Positions 26,887 through 36,821 of a stretch of 64,000 nucleotides of DNA are shown piece after piece. The notes beneath the pieces are model-generated. The model searched no databases. It worked only from the letters and a program-made list of their open reading frames with translations, and had not been told where the DNA came from. Position 1 is the stretch's first letter. The number at the start of each line of letters is the position of its first letter. A program made the translations under genes and the position numbers. The stretch is taken from positions 5,763-69,762 of the forward strand of contig CASEVQ010000002.1 of NCBI GenBank assembly GCA_949291455.1, in the 5' to 3' direction. Origin of the DNA: an uncultured bacterium. Its GTDB lineage: Bacteria; Bacillota_I; Bacilli_A; RF39; UBA660.

Positions 26887-28803
26887 ATGAGCGGAACAAT
26901 ATTTTTAACTGTGTCGGCATTAATTTATACTATTGCAACTACAATTCTTTTCTTTAGGAAAGATACAATAAACAAATTAGAAAATAGAATATTTAAAAAA
27001 TTACTATTGGCTTCTATTACTTCTATGCTTGTTGAATTACTAATAATTATAACTGTAAATTATGGAATTATAGGAACTATAGTTCAAAAAACATTTTTGG
27101 TATGTTTAGTATTATGGCTTTCAATTTTTATGCTCTATACATTTGCTATTACTGTATTTGATGATAAAGAATCAGAAGAAAAAAACATAGAAAAATTTAA
27201 AGTACCGTATATTTTATTCGCTATTGCAAATTTAATTATTTATGGATTTATATATGCATTACCTATAGAATTTGTTTCAATTTCCGATAATGTTAAATAT
27301 ACAGGTGGCCCTTCTGTTAATGTTGTATATGTTGTTTTAGGAGTATATGTAACATTTATGGCTATTCTAGTTTTAAAGAATATTAAAAATATGCATAAGA
27401 AAGGTTATATTCCTATAATTGGTTTTATAATATTAATGGTTACTTCTGGTATAATTCAAAAAACACATCCAGAAATGCTATTAACAAATGCCGTCTTTGG
27501 CTTTATAATTTATTTAATGTATCATACAATTGAAAATCCTGATTTAAAAATGTTAAGACAAATGGAACTAGCTAAGGATCAAGCTGAACGAGCAAATCGT
27601 GCAAAATCAGATTTTTTATCAAGTATGTCTCATGAAATTAGAACGCCACTTAATGCTATCGTTGGCTTTAGCGAAGATATTCAAAGTCGTAAAAGTACAG
27701 CTGATCCTGAAATAGTAGAAGATGCAGATTATATCATGGAAGCATCTAAAACATTACTTGAAATTGTAGGAAATATTCTTGATATAAATAAAATTGAAAG
27801 TAATAAGATGGAAATAACTGAAGTAAAATACAATTACAAAGAAACAATTGAACAACTTTCCAAAATAGACGCAATTAGAATTGGAGAAAAAAATATTAAT
27901 TTTAAGATTAATTTAGCACCAGATATTCCTTATGAATTAGTTGGCGATAAAACTCATATAAAGGAGATAGTTAATAACCTACTTACTAATGCAATTAAAT
28001 ATACTGATGAAGGAGAAATTGAATTAAGTACAAGATGCATAAATAAAGGTAATGTTTGTAATTTAATTATTAGTGTAAGAGATACTGGTAGAGGAATAAA
28101 AGCAGAAAATATTAATAAATTATTTACTAAATTTGAAAGATTAGATGCTGAAAAGAATTCTACTACAGAAGGGACTGGTTTAGGATTAGCAATAACTAAA
28201 GCACTTGTTGATATGATGGGTGGAAAAATTAATGTTCAATCTCAATTTGGAAAAGGCAGTTTATTTGTAGTTCAAATACCACAAAAAATTAGTCAAATGA
28301 CTAATCCTAATCAAATAGTAGAAACACCTATTAAAGATCAAATAAAGGTTGGACAACAACTAGTTCAAGAAATATCTAAAGTAGAAAATATTGCAACTAA
28401 GTTTAGTGGGAAAAAAATACTAATAGTAGATGATAATAAATTAAATATTAAGGTCGCTCGTAGAGCATTAGATGGATTCAATTTTGAAATTGATGAATGC
28501 TATGATGGGCAAGAATGTTTAAATAAAGTTGTTAAAGGAAATGAATATGATTTAATTTTAATGGACATTATGATGCCTAATATGAGTGGAGAAACTGCTA
28601 TAGCAAAATTAAAAGAAAAAACTAACTTTAATATTCCTATAATCGCTTTAACTGCTGATGCAGTTGTAGGCGCTAGAGAAAAATATTTAAGTGAAGGGTT
28701 TGTTGATTATATTGTTAAACCATTTAACAAACAACAAATAAAAGAAAAATTAGACATTATATTTGGAAGTAGTAATTCAGCACAAGAAAATAAAATGGAA
28801 TAA
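26887..28803 (+). CDS. hybrid sensor histidine kinase (6 TM + HisKA + HATPase_c + REC)
   Basis: It has the H-box SHEIRTPLNAI and the G-box GTGLGLAITKALVDMMGG. The C-terminal receiver is KILIVDDNKLNIKVARRAL...LMDIMMP. Confidence 0.85.
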   Translation: MSGTIFLTVSALIYTIATTILFFRKDTINKLENRIFKKLLLASITSMLVELLIIITVNYGIIGTIVQKTFLVCLVLWLSIFMLYTFAITVFDDKESEEKNIEKFKVPYILFAIANLIIYGFIYALPIEFVSISDNVKYTGGPSVNVVYVVLGVYVTFMAILVLKNIKNMHKKGYIPIIGFIILMVTSGIIQKTHPEMLLTNAVFGFIIYLMYHTIENPDLKMLRQMELAKDQAERANRAKSDFLSSMSHEIRTPLNAIVGFSEDIQSRKSTADPEIVEDADYIMEASKTLLEIVGNILDINKIESNKMEITEVKYNYKETIEQLSKIDAIRIGEKNINFKINLAPDIPYELVGDKTHIKEIVNNLLTNAIKYTDEGEIELSTRCINKGNVCNLIISVRDTGRGIKAENINKLFTKFERLDAEKNSTTEGTGLGLAITKALVDMMGGKINVQSQFGKGSLFVVQIPQKISQMTNPNQIVETPIKDQIKVGQQLVQEISKVENIATKFSGKKILIVDDNKLNIKVARRALDGFNFEIDECYDGQECLNKVVKGNEYDLILMDIMMPNMSGETAIAKLKEKTNFNIPIIALTADAVVGAREKYLSEGFVDYIVKPFNKQQIKEKLDIIFGSSNSAQENKME

Positions 28804-29270
28804 TATGAAGTTGTAAAAGCATTTTCTGATATGTCTAACCCAGTAAGTTAAATTGATGTTACGAATGCAGTGCTTGATATAATCCATCAGTAGATAAATT
28901 TAAAGATATTGAAGTATATGTTTTTTTTGTGGATAGGTTTATTAAATACTAGATTAAAAGATTTCTATAATATATATGTATTAATAGATTCAAAAAATGA
29001 AGCAATAAACAAAGATAATTTGATTAAAGCCATTAAAAACACTTTCAAAAAAGAAAAACAAATATTGACATAAATAAATTTAAAGAAGTTATTAATGCTT
29101 TAGGTAGTGAAGATAACATGAATCATTTATAGAATTTATATGCAAAAGAAATATAATTTGACAATACGATTTTTGCTTTAAATGAAATAATAAATATATT
29201 AGAATCATAATTAATGGTAGTTAATTGAATATGATAACAATCAAAGTAGAAAAAAAATCTACTTTTTGTG

Positions 29271-29279
29271 TGATATAAT
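29271..29279 (+). promoter_or_regulatory. extended -10 element TGaTATAAT
   Basis: It lies about 30 nt upstream of the ATG at 29308. Confidence 0.35.
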
Positions 29280-29307
29280 AATATTGAGGTAAAGAGAGGT
29301 GAAAGAA

Positions 29308-29703
29308 ATGAAAAAAGTAATGATTTGGATAATTCCATTGATTATTGGATTACTTCTTATAATTATAAGTTTGTTGTTATTTATTAATAGTAAAAAAGAA
29401 ACTCAATATGCATTAGTAAATGATACTATAAATGGAGGTATTTACATAGACTATCCTGTTAGAGATTTCAATGAATATGTTCTTAATGAAGGAGATACCT
29501 TCAATTTAACTTTTTCAAATGGATATGAAATAAATAATATCAAATATTATACAGATAAAGACATAATTGATGATAACATATATCTCCTAGGAGATGAAAA
29601 GAAAATATATATAAAAATTATATCTAGAAATAATGAAGATTTGTGGAAAAAAGCTAATTTGGATATAGATTCTACAGTTAGAATAGAAACTGTAAACAAA
29701 TAA
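29308..29703 (+). CDS. membrane-anchored hypothetical protein
   Basis: The ATG at 29308 follows agaggtga. There is one N-terminal TM helix. Confidence 0.45.
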   Translation: MKKVMIWIIPLIIGLLLIIISLLLFINSKKETQYALVNDTINGGIYIDYPVRDFNEYVLNEGDTFNLTFSNGYEINNIKYYTDKDIIDDNIYLLGDEKKIYIKIISRNNEDLWKKANLDIDSTVRIETVNK

Positions 29704-29746
29704 ATATACTTTAAACATATTTAAAACACTAATATACATATCTTTA

Positions 29747-29790
29747 TATTAATGATAAAATATTAATGATAAAATATAAGTGATCAAAGA
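29747..29790. promoter_or_regulatory. tandem TATTAATGATAAAA x2 followed by box ATAAGTGATCAAAGA
   Basis: The box at 29776-29790 is the exact reverse complement of 30294-30308. Confidence 0.45.
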
Positions 29791-29796
29791 GAAAAA

Positions 29797-30249
29797 ATGA
29801 ATAGACAAAAAGTGATATACATGAAAATTAATAAGATTTTATTAATAGCATTAGCAATAACAACACTAACATCAGTAAGTAATATTTTTGCATTTTCTCA
29901 GTTTACATCTTTTAAATCAATATCAGGTTCAATTCCTGCATTTAACGGAAGCAAATCATGGACAAAACACTTAACACTTCAAGAAGGTGGATATGAAGGA
30001 CAAGCATTAGCAAGCGTAAGAATAAGTCCAAGTTCGGATACTCTTGACGTAATATTATATAGAACAAGCCAAAAAGCAACAATAAATGGAGGATGGAAAA
30101 TAATATCAAACGGGCAAGACACTGCACTAGCTTGGACAACTAATTGGGGATTTCCACCAGATGCTGACTATAAGTTAACAATTGATTCAAGATGGTATTA
30201 TACAAATTCAACTTCTGTCTCTGGACAATGGGGATTCTATAACAATTAA
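29797..30249 (+). CDS. small secreted Gly/Trp/Tyr-rich protein (signal peptide)
   Basis: The signal peptide is MKINKILLIALAITTLTSVSNIFA. The mature part of ~120 aa has no known motif. Confidence 0.45.
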   Translation: MNRQKVIYMKINKILLIALAITTLTSVSNIFAFSQFTSFKSISGSIPAFNGSKSWTKHLTLQEGGYEGQALASVRISPSSDTLDVILYRTSQKATINGGWKIISNGQDTALAWTTNWGFPPDADYKLTIDSRWYYTNSTSVSGQWGFYNN

Positions 30250-30293
30250 TAATTAAAAAATAATAATCGATAATTAATAATAATTCATTTTTG

Positions 30294-30308
30294 TCTTTGA
30301 TCACTTAT
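30294..30308. promoter_or_regulatory. inverted copy of the ATAAGTGATCAAAGA box
   Basis: TCTTTGATCACTTAT lies 10 nt upstream of the ATG at 30318. Confidence 0.45.
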
Positions 30309-30317
30309 GGAGGATGA

Positions 30318-31124
30318 ATGAAAAATAGAACTTTTTTAATTTATATCATATCAATTATTTTTTTATATGTGTTCAATATTATGTTATTTTTTATCTATAC
30401 AAGTGATAAATTATATCCATTTAAAAATGATGTTAATTGTTACTCGTTTTGGGAATATTCAACACACAACGGTTTATTAACAATTTTCATGTTCTTACTT
30501 CCTATAGCAATTTCTATTATTACAATTAAGAGTATCAATACGAAAATAAAAGGTTCATACTTTAGAAATTATATAATACGAGATAATTATAAAAAACTTA
30601 TAAAAAAAGAATATTTATTATGTTTGGTAAAAACAATACTTCCTTATGTTTTGATATCAACTATTATTTTTATATTAGGTTTTTTACTATTTAAGCACGA
30701 TATTACAAATATTAAATATGCTGATTTATATAGCAATTTTATTTATGATCCTATGTTTAACCCACTTACTTGTATTATTTTAGAAACAATCATAAGCATT
30801 TTCTTTTTTATACTAATAGTAAATATAGAATTAATTGTTTACAGATTTGTCAAAAAGCTTGGATTAACTATAATTTTCAGCTTCCTTTCACTAAATATTC
30901 TAAACTTTATTATTTCGTATTTTTTCAAAATTATATCAACAATAATTAAGAATAAATATTTCAATGAGGCTTTTTATTCATTCAATATTTATCATGGATT
31001 TATTGGAAGCAAATATATCATTTTTACTTTTATAATTTTCATTCTTTTATCTACAATCAGTTTTATTTTTTTAACAAAATTATATAAAAGTAAAGAAAGG
31101 ATGGTATTGGATTTTGAGCAATAA
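30318..31124 (+). CDS. polytopic membrane protein (ABC-2-type permease-like)
   Basis: There are about 6 hydrophobic helices. It is adjacent to an ABC ATPase. Confidence 0.45.
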   Translation: MKNRTFLIYIISIIFLYVFNIMLFFIYTSDKLYPFKNDVNCYSFWEYSTHNGLLTIFMFLLPIAISIITIKSINTKIKGSYFRNYIIRDNYKKLIKKEYLLCLVKTILPYVLISTIIFILGFLLFKHDITNIKYADLYSNFIYDPMFNPLTCIILETIISIFFFILIVNIELIVYRFVKKLGLTIIFSFLSLNILNFIISYFFKIISTIIKNKYFNEAFYSFNIYHGFIGSKYIIFTFIIFILLSTISFIFLTKLYKSKERMVLDFEQ

Positions 31125-31860
31125 AATAATAAGAATTCTAAGTACTAGAATAGAATATTATGCCCTAATTACATATTTGTTTTTTGGAACATTTGCTTTT
31201 ACAATATCATATGCAGATAATTCATACATAGATATATTATTATCGATGATCAATAATAAAATATTTTTGGTAGTCTTTATGCTACCTTCATTTGTTCTAT
31301 TTTGGAATATGATTATTAAATATTCAACAAACGATTATCAAACAATAATTAGAATGGGGAAAAGGAAAAATTATATTATTTTTTTATCAAAAGAATTAAC
31401 TAAAGCATCATGTTTATTGTTCTTTCAATATATAGTATTTCAATTGATATGCATCAATCTAACATCGCACACAAACATTTTTATATCAAATACTTATAAT
31501 TATAATGTGAATGATTTTGTTTTATACATTGTTTGTGTTATAAGACTTTTTTTGAATATTATTACAATTAAATATCTGTTTAGTTTTTTATACTTAAACA
31601 TCCAAAACAAAGAATATAGCATTTTTCTAATGTTTACTTTATTTATAATTATTTATTTTTGTAATCGACTATTCTTTATTAATAGCTTTTTAAATTACAT
31701 CAACATTGGATATCATTACTATGGAATAGATCTTACTAATAACATTTATGAATTAATAATATCGAACCTATTATTTAACTCTATATTATCAATTATTTTA
31801 ATTATTTTAATGAATAAAAAGATTAAAAAGATAAACTTTTATACTGGAAACAGGAGGTAA
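31114..31860 (+). CDS. polytopic membrane protein (ABC-2-type permease-like)
   Basis: There are about 6 hydrophobic helices. It overlaps the upstream gene by 11 nt. Confidence 0.45.
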   Translation: MSNKIIRILSTRIEYYALITYLFFGTFAFTISYADNSYIDILLSMINNKIFLVVFMLPSFVLFWNMIIKYSTNDYQTIIRMGKRKNYIIFLSKELTKASCLLFFQYIVFQLICINLTSHTNIFISNTYNYNVNDFVLYIVCVIRLFLNIITIKYLFSFLYLNIQNKEYSIFLMFTLFIIIYFCNRLFFINSFLNYINIGYHYYGIDLTNNIYELIISNLLFNSILSIILIILMNKKIKKINFYTGNRR

Positions 31861-31861
31861 T

Positions 31862-32497
31862 ATGATTACAGTTGAAACAAAAAATTTAACAAAAAAAATT
31901 GGAAATGAAATAATTTTAAAAGATGTTAATACAAAATTTGAAAACAAGAAGATATATGGTATTGTTGGACGAAATGGTTCTGGTAAAACTATGTTTTTAA
32001 AAAGTTTATGTGGTTTTTTAACACCAACAAGTGGTACTGTATTAATTAACCAAAAAGATATTTATAAAGAAGAAATGTTTTCGAATAATGTAGGAATTTC
32101 GTTTAGTAATAGTAATTATATAAAAGATCTAACAGGTTTTGAAAATTTAGAATTAATTGCTAACATAAAAAAACAGATATCTAAAGAAGACATAATTGAT
32201 GCTTTAAAAAAAGTAAACTTATTAAAAGAAAAAGATAAAAAATATGGTAAATATTCACTTGGAATGAAACAAAAACTTGATATAGCTCAAGCAATAATGG
32301 AAAAACCAGAGATTTTATTACTAGACGAACCATTCAATGGTTTAGATGACGAAAGTGTCAAATTAATTAAAAAATTAATTATAGACTTAAAAAATAGCGG
32401 AAATACAATTATTATTGCAACTCATATAAAAGACGACATTGAAAACTTCTGTGACGAAGTCATTAGATTCGATATGGGAACTATTGTTAATAAATAA
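31862..32497 (+). CDS. ABC transporter ATP-binding protein
   Basis: It has Walker A GRNGSGKT, a signature-like LSLGMKQKLDIA, and Walker B ILLLDEPFNGLD. Confidence 0.8.
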   Translation: MITVETKNLTKKIGNEIILKDVNTKFENKKIYGIVGRNGSGKTMFLKSLCGFLTPTSGTVLINQKDIYKEEMFSNNVGISFSNSNYIKDLTGFENLELIANIKKQISKEDIIDALKKVNLLKEKDKKYGKYSLGMKQKLDIAQAIMEKPEILLLDEPFNGLDDESVKLIKKLIIDLKNSGNTIIIATHIKDDIENFCDEVIRFDMGTIVNK

Positions 32498-33144
32498 AAA
32501 ATTTAAATAAGCTCTTTAATAATTATTATGACATTAAATTTATTGTGGTACCCAAAAAGAAACACCATAAATGTCATTGACAAAAAAGATAAAAAAGAAT
32601 GTAATCTATTGCTAGACTACATTCTTTATTTCTAACCATTATTCACCAATTATTTTTTTATAATTTTGATAGTTTTTAAGCTTTGATTGATAAAATTAGA
32701 AATATGGATGTCAATAGGCTTCTTAATCATCTTTAGTAAAAAAATGTAATTAGTTATTGTTAATATTTTGCAAACAACTGCAAATACTTTGTAATTTAAA
32801 AATAACATTTTGAAATATGAAGCCTTTTTGTATTCGAAAACTTGAAAGCATAAAAAATTTTCATTGAATATAGTAAATTAATATGAGAAATGTGTTAGAA
32901 GAATGTTAAATACTAAAAAAATGAAAATTTGACTGATAGTTGTAAAAGAGTTACTTTACATTAAAAAATGTTTGGATAATAAGCAGAGATTTACCAATCA
33001 GAGATAGAATCTTTAGAAATTATTCCCCATTTTCCATTTCAAAAGAACGAACGATAAGTAATTTACATTATGAAGTTAAGATGTCTAAATATAAAATGTT
33101 AAAAATAAAAAAATTATCATTTCTAATAATTTCTTTATGTGATT

Positions 33145-33594
33145 TCAATTTAATGTAGAATAATTAAGTTTAATTGAAGTAACAATATTATTGCATTCTG
33201 AATCTCTGCATAAATCGAAATATAAATTGTCTTGATTTTCTAGTAAATTATCGATGTAATCATATCCATATTCTTTTTTGTTTGCATTTTTTCTTGAATA
33301 ATCATACATATTTAAAGAATTTCCTAAAACAATATGTTTCTCATCGTTTTGCAAGTAATAGAGATTTGCTGCAACAATGTTGTCATTAGTGTAATGAATA
33401 TTTGTACTATATGTTAATAAATTGCCATTGTTGTTTTGCATTATTATTATGTAAACATCAATATTATTTTCTTCATTTACATATTTTCCTGTGAAAAGAT
33501 ATTCTTTATCTACATCACTAAACAGTATAATACTTCCTAAGATGACAATTATGATAACCAAAACTGGAATTATCAATTTAATATGCTTGTTCAT
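33145..33594 (-). CDS. membrane-anchored hypothetical protein
   Basis: It has an N-terminal TM anchor, MNKHIKLIIPVLVIIIVILGSIILF. Confidence 0.4.
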   Translation of the reverse strand: MNKHIKLIIPVLVIIIVILGSIILFSDVDKEYLFTGKYVNEENNIDVYIIIMQNNNGNLLTYSTNIHYTNDNIVAANLYYLQNDEKHIVLGNSLNMYDYSRKNANKKEYGYDYIDNLLENQDNLYFDLCRDSECNNIVTSIKLNYSTLN

Positions 33595-33767
33595 AATAGC
33601 TTTTCCCTTTCTTTTATTGAATTTATTATAACATGTATAGAATTAAATAGTAAATGTATATATTAGATTTTAAAAAATGGATTGTTATTTTAGACCAAAA
33701 AAACAAAATTTGACAAAATTATGATATAATTGTATAGAAGATTTATTCTTATATTGGAGGTAGTAAT

Positions 33768-36700
33768 ATGCCGGTAAAGAAAAGCGTGCTATATAGTAAA
33801 TTGTGGGATAGTTGTAATACATTAAGAAGTAAAGGTGGCATGGATGCTACTCAATATAAAGATTATGTATTAATTGTTTTATTCATGAAAGTTATTACAG
33901 ATAAGTATTATCATCAAAATGATTCTTTAATAGATGTTCCAGATGATGCAAATTTCAATACGATGATTTCTTTAAAAGGAAAGAAAAATATTGGAGAAGA
34001 GTTTAATAAAATACTCGCAAAGATAGCTGAAGAAAATGATTTACAAAATGTTATTGATGTTGTAGATTTTAATGATGAAAATAAACTTGGTAAAGGTAAG
34101 GATATGATAGAAGCATTAACTGGATTAGTCGAAGTATTTCAAGATCCCGAATTAGATTTTAGTAATAACAGAGCAGATGATAATGATGTATTAGGTGATG
34201 CTTATGAATACTTAATGAAAAAGTTTGCTTCAGAGGCAGGAAAAAGTAAAGGACAGTTCTATACTCCATCTGAAGTATCTAGAATTATGTCAAAGATTTT
34301 AAAAATATCTGAATCTAAAAAGAGCCCAATTGAAGTTTATGATATGACGTGTGGTTCAGGATCACTATTAATTAAAGCTGGTGATGAAACACCTGAAAAT
34401 TTAAAAGTGTACTTGTATGGTCAAGAAAAAGATACTAATACTGCTGGCCTTTGCGTTATGAATATGTTTTTACATGGAAATGCAACTGCACAAATAAAAG
34501 TCGGAAATACTTTAACAAATCCTCAGTTCTTAGAAAATAGAAAAGTAAGAACGTTTGATTTTTGTGTTGCCAACCCACCATTTTCAGTAAAAAAATGGAA
34601 TACAGATTTAACTACAGATAATAATTATGACAGATTTACTGGTTTTGGAACTCCCCCAAACAATTGTGGTGATTATGCATTTTTACTTCATATGTTAAAA
34701 TCTATGGATCCAGTAACTGGTAGAGGTGCCATTATTCTTCCTCATGGAGTTTTATTCAGAGGTGGCCAAGAAGAATTAATTAGAAAGAATTTATTAAAGA
34801 GCGGATTTATTGAGGGAATTATAGGATTACCATCTAACTTATTTTATGGTACAGGTATCCCTGCTTGTATAATAATCCTCGATAAAAAAGATGCTAATGA
34901 TAGAAAAAATGTTTTCATGATTGATGCAAGTAAATTTTTCGTTAAAGATGGTAATAAAAATAGGTTAAGAGAAGAAGATATTAGAAAGATTACTGATACA
35001 TATTTAAACAAAACTGAAATTGAACATTATTCAAAAAATGTGTTAATAACTGATATTGAAAAAGAAGAATACAATTTAAATATTCCAAGATACATTGATT
35101 CTTCTGATGAAGAAGTTATTCAGGATATTAAGGCTCATTTGTTTGGTGGCATTCCAAAGGCAAACATTGATAAATTGTCTGAATATTGGGATATAGCACC
35201 TAAACTAAAAAATAAATTATTTAATAATAATGAAAGAGATGGTTATTTAGATTTGATGGTTGATAAAGATTCTATTAATGAAGAAATAACTAACTCTGAA
35301 GAATTTATTAATTATTCTGTAGAATTGAGTAAAAAAGTTAATTCATGGGAACAAGATAATAAAAACGTATTATATTCAATATCTAAAAACAGTAGAGCAA
35401 AAGATATAATAAATATTTTAGCTGATACAATTTTGAAAGATTTTACTGATGGTAAATTAATTGACAAATATGAAGCATATGAATTTTTAATGGAATATTA
35501 TAATGACACAATGAAAGATGACATTTATTTAATTATTGAAAACGGTTGGATTCCCAAAATAGTTTACGCACAAGATAAAAAAGGAAAAATAAAAGAGAAC
35601 GAATTTGATTCTGACTTATTACCAAAAGAAATAGTTATAAATGAATATTTTAAGAATGAAAATGATAATATCGTAAAATTAAATAATGACTTAAACGATT
35701 TGTCTCAAGAATTTGATTCAATGGTAGAAGAAAACACTGGTGATGAGGAAATCTTTAATGATGAAGATAAAGTTAGTGAAAAATTGATTAAAGATAAAAT
35801 TAAAGAAGAGTCTGATGAAAATATTGCTATATTAAACAAATTGCTTGAAAATTTATCTTTTCAAAAAGAAATAAAGAATAATATAAAAAAATATCAAAAA
35901 GCATTAAATATATTAATTATCGATAAATATAATTCGCTTGATGAAGATACTTCAAAAGATTTAATAATTATTAAAAAATGGTTTAAATCAATTGAAAGAA
36001 CATTCAATGATAAATATGAAGACTTGATTTATGACTTATCAAATAAAATAATAAATGAATATGAAAATTATGAGAACACGTTAAGTCAACTTTCTGAAAA
36101 AACATCTAATTTAGAATCTTTGGTGTTAAAAGATTTAGAGAGGATGGATTTTGAATCCAACAAGCAAAAATTATTAAACAACAAGAAACGAAATGGAAAA
36201 TGGAAAAATGTAAAAATTGGAGATATAGGCGTTTTTGATGGTAATGGTGTTGATAAAACAATCAATGAAAAAGAAAAAAAAGTTCGCCTATTGAATTATA
36301 TGGATATAATGCATAATGATTTTATTTATGATAATATGAGTAAACATTTTGTAACAGCCTCTGAAAGAAAATATAATAAATGCTTAGTAAAAAAAGGGGA
36401 TATATTTTTAACTCCATCTTCAGAAACCAGAAAAGATATTGGTGTCAGTGCTGTTGCTTTAGAAGACAGTGATGATCTTGTGTACAGTTATCATATTGTA
36501 AGGTTTAGACCAACTATTGATATGGATATGAAGTTTAGAGCTTATTTATTTCAGAATCAAAAATTTTTAAATCAAGCATCTAAATATTGTGAGGGTAGTG
36601 GTAAAAGATATGTTTGTTCAAATAAAAAATTTGCATCATTTGAATTGGAAATACCTTTGGATATAAATGAACAAGCTGAAATTGGAAGAGTTTTATATGA

Positions 36701-36821
36701 TATGGAATCAGAAATAGAAATATTGAAAGAAAAACTTTCAAAGTATCAAAAAATAAAAGAAGCCATGATGGAGGACTTATTAACTGGCAAAGTGAGGTTA
36801 AGTTATGAGCAGGATAAATGA
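33768..36821 (+). CDS. hsdM: Type I R-M methyltransferase with fused C-terminal single-TRD specificity domain (HsdM-HsdS fusion)
   Basis: MTase motif I is DMTCGSGSLL and motif IV is VANPPFSVKKW. The C-terminal ~400 aa contain a TRD-like region and the conserved HsdS helix EIEILKEKLSKYQKIKEAMMEDLLTGKVRL. Confidence 0.75.
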   Translation: MPVKKSVLYSKLWDSCNTLRSKGGMDATQYKDYVLIVLFMKVITDKYYHQNDSLIDVPDDANFNTMISLKGKKNIGEEFNKILAKIAEENDLQNVIDVVDFNDENKLGKGKDMIEALTGLVEVFQDPELDFSNNRADDNDVLGDAYEYLMKKFASEAGKSKGQFYTPSEVSRIMSKILKISESKKSPIEVYDMTCGSGSLLIKAGDETPENLKVYLYGQEKDTNTAGLCVMNMFLHGNATAQIKVGNTLTNPQFLENRKVRTFDFCVANPPFSVKKWNTDLTTDNNYDRFTGFGTPPNNCGDYAFLLHMLKSMDPVTGRGAIILPHGVLFRGGQEELIRKNLLKSGFIEGIIGLPSNLFYGTGIPACIIILDKKDANDRKNVFMIDASKFFVKDGNKNRLREEDIRKITDTYLNKTEIEHYSKNVLITDIEKEEYNLNIPRYIDSSDEEVIQDIKAHLFGGIPKANIDKLSEYWDIAPKLKNKLFNNNERDGYLDLMVDKDSINEEITNSEEFINYSVELSKKVNSWEQDNKNVLYSISKNSRAKDIINILADTILKDFTDGKLIDKYEAYEFLMEYYNDTMKDDIYLIIENGWIPKIVYAQDKKGKIKENEFDSDLLPKEIVINEYFKNENDNIVKLNNDLNDLSQEFDSMVEENTGDEEIFNDEDKVSEKLIKDKIKEESDENIAILNKLLENLSFQKEIKNNIKKYQKALNILIIDKYNSLDEDTSKDLIIIKKWFKSIERTFNDKYEDLIYDLSNKIINEYENYENTLSQLSEKTSNLESLVLKDLERMDFESNKQKLLNNKKRNGKWKNVKIGDIGVFDGNGVDKTINEKEKKVRLLNYMDIMHNDFIYDNMSKHFVTASERKYNKCLVKKGDIFLTPSSETRKDIGVSAVALEDSDDLVYSYHIVRFRPTIDMDMKFRAYLFQNQKFLNQASKYCEGSGKRYVCSNKKFASFELEIPLDINEQAEIGRVLYDMESEIEILKEKLSKYQKIKEAMMEDLLTGKVRLSYEQDK

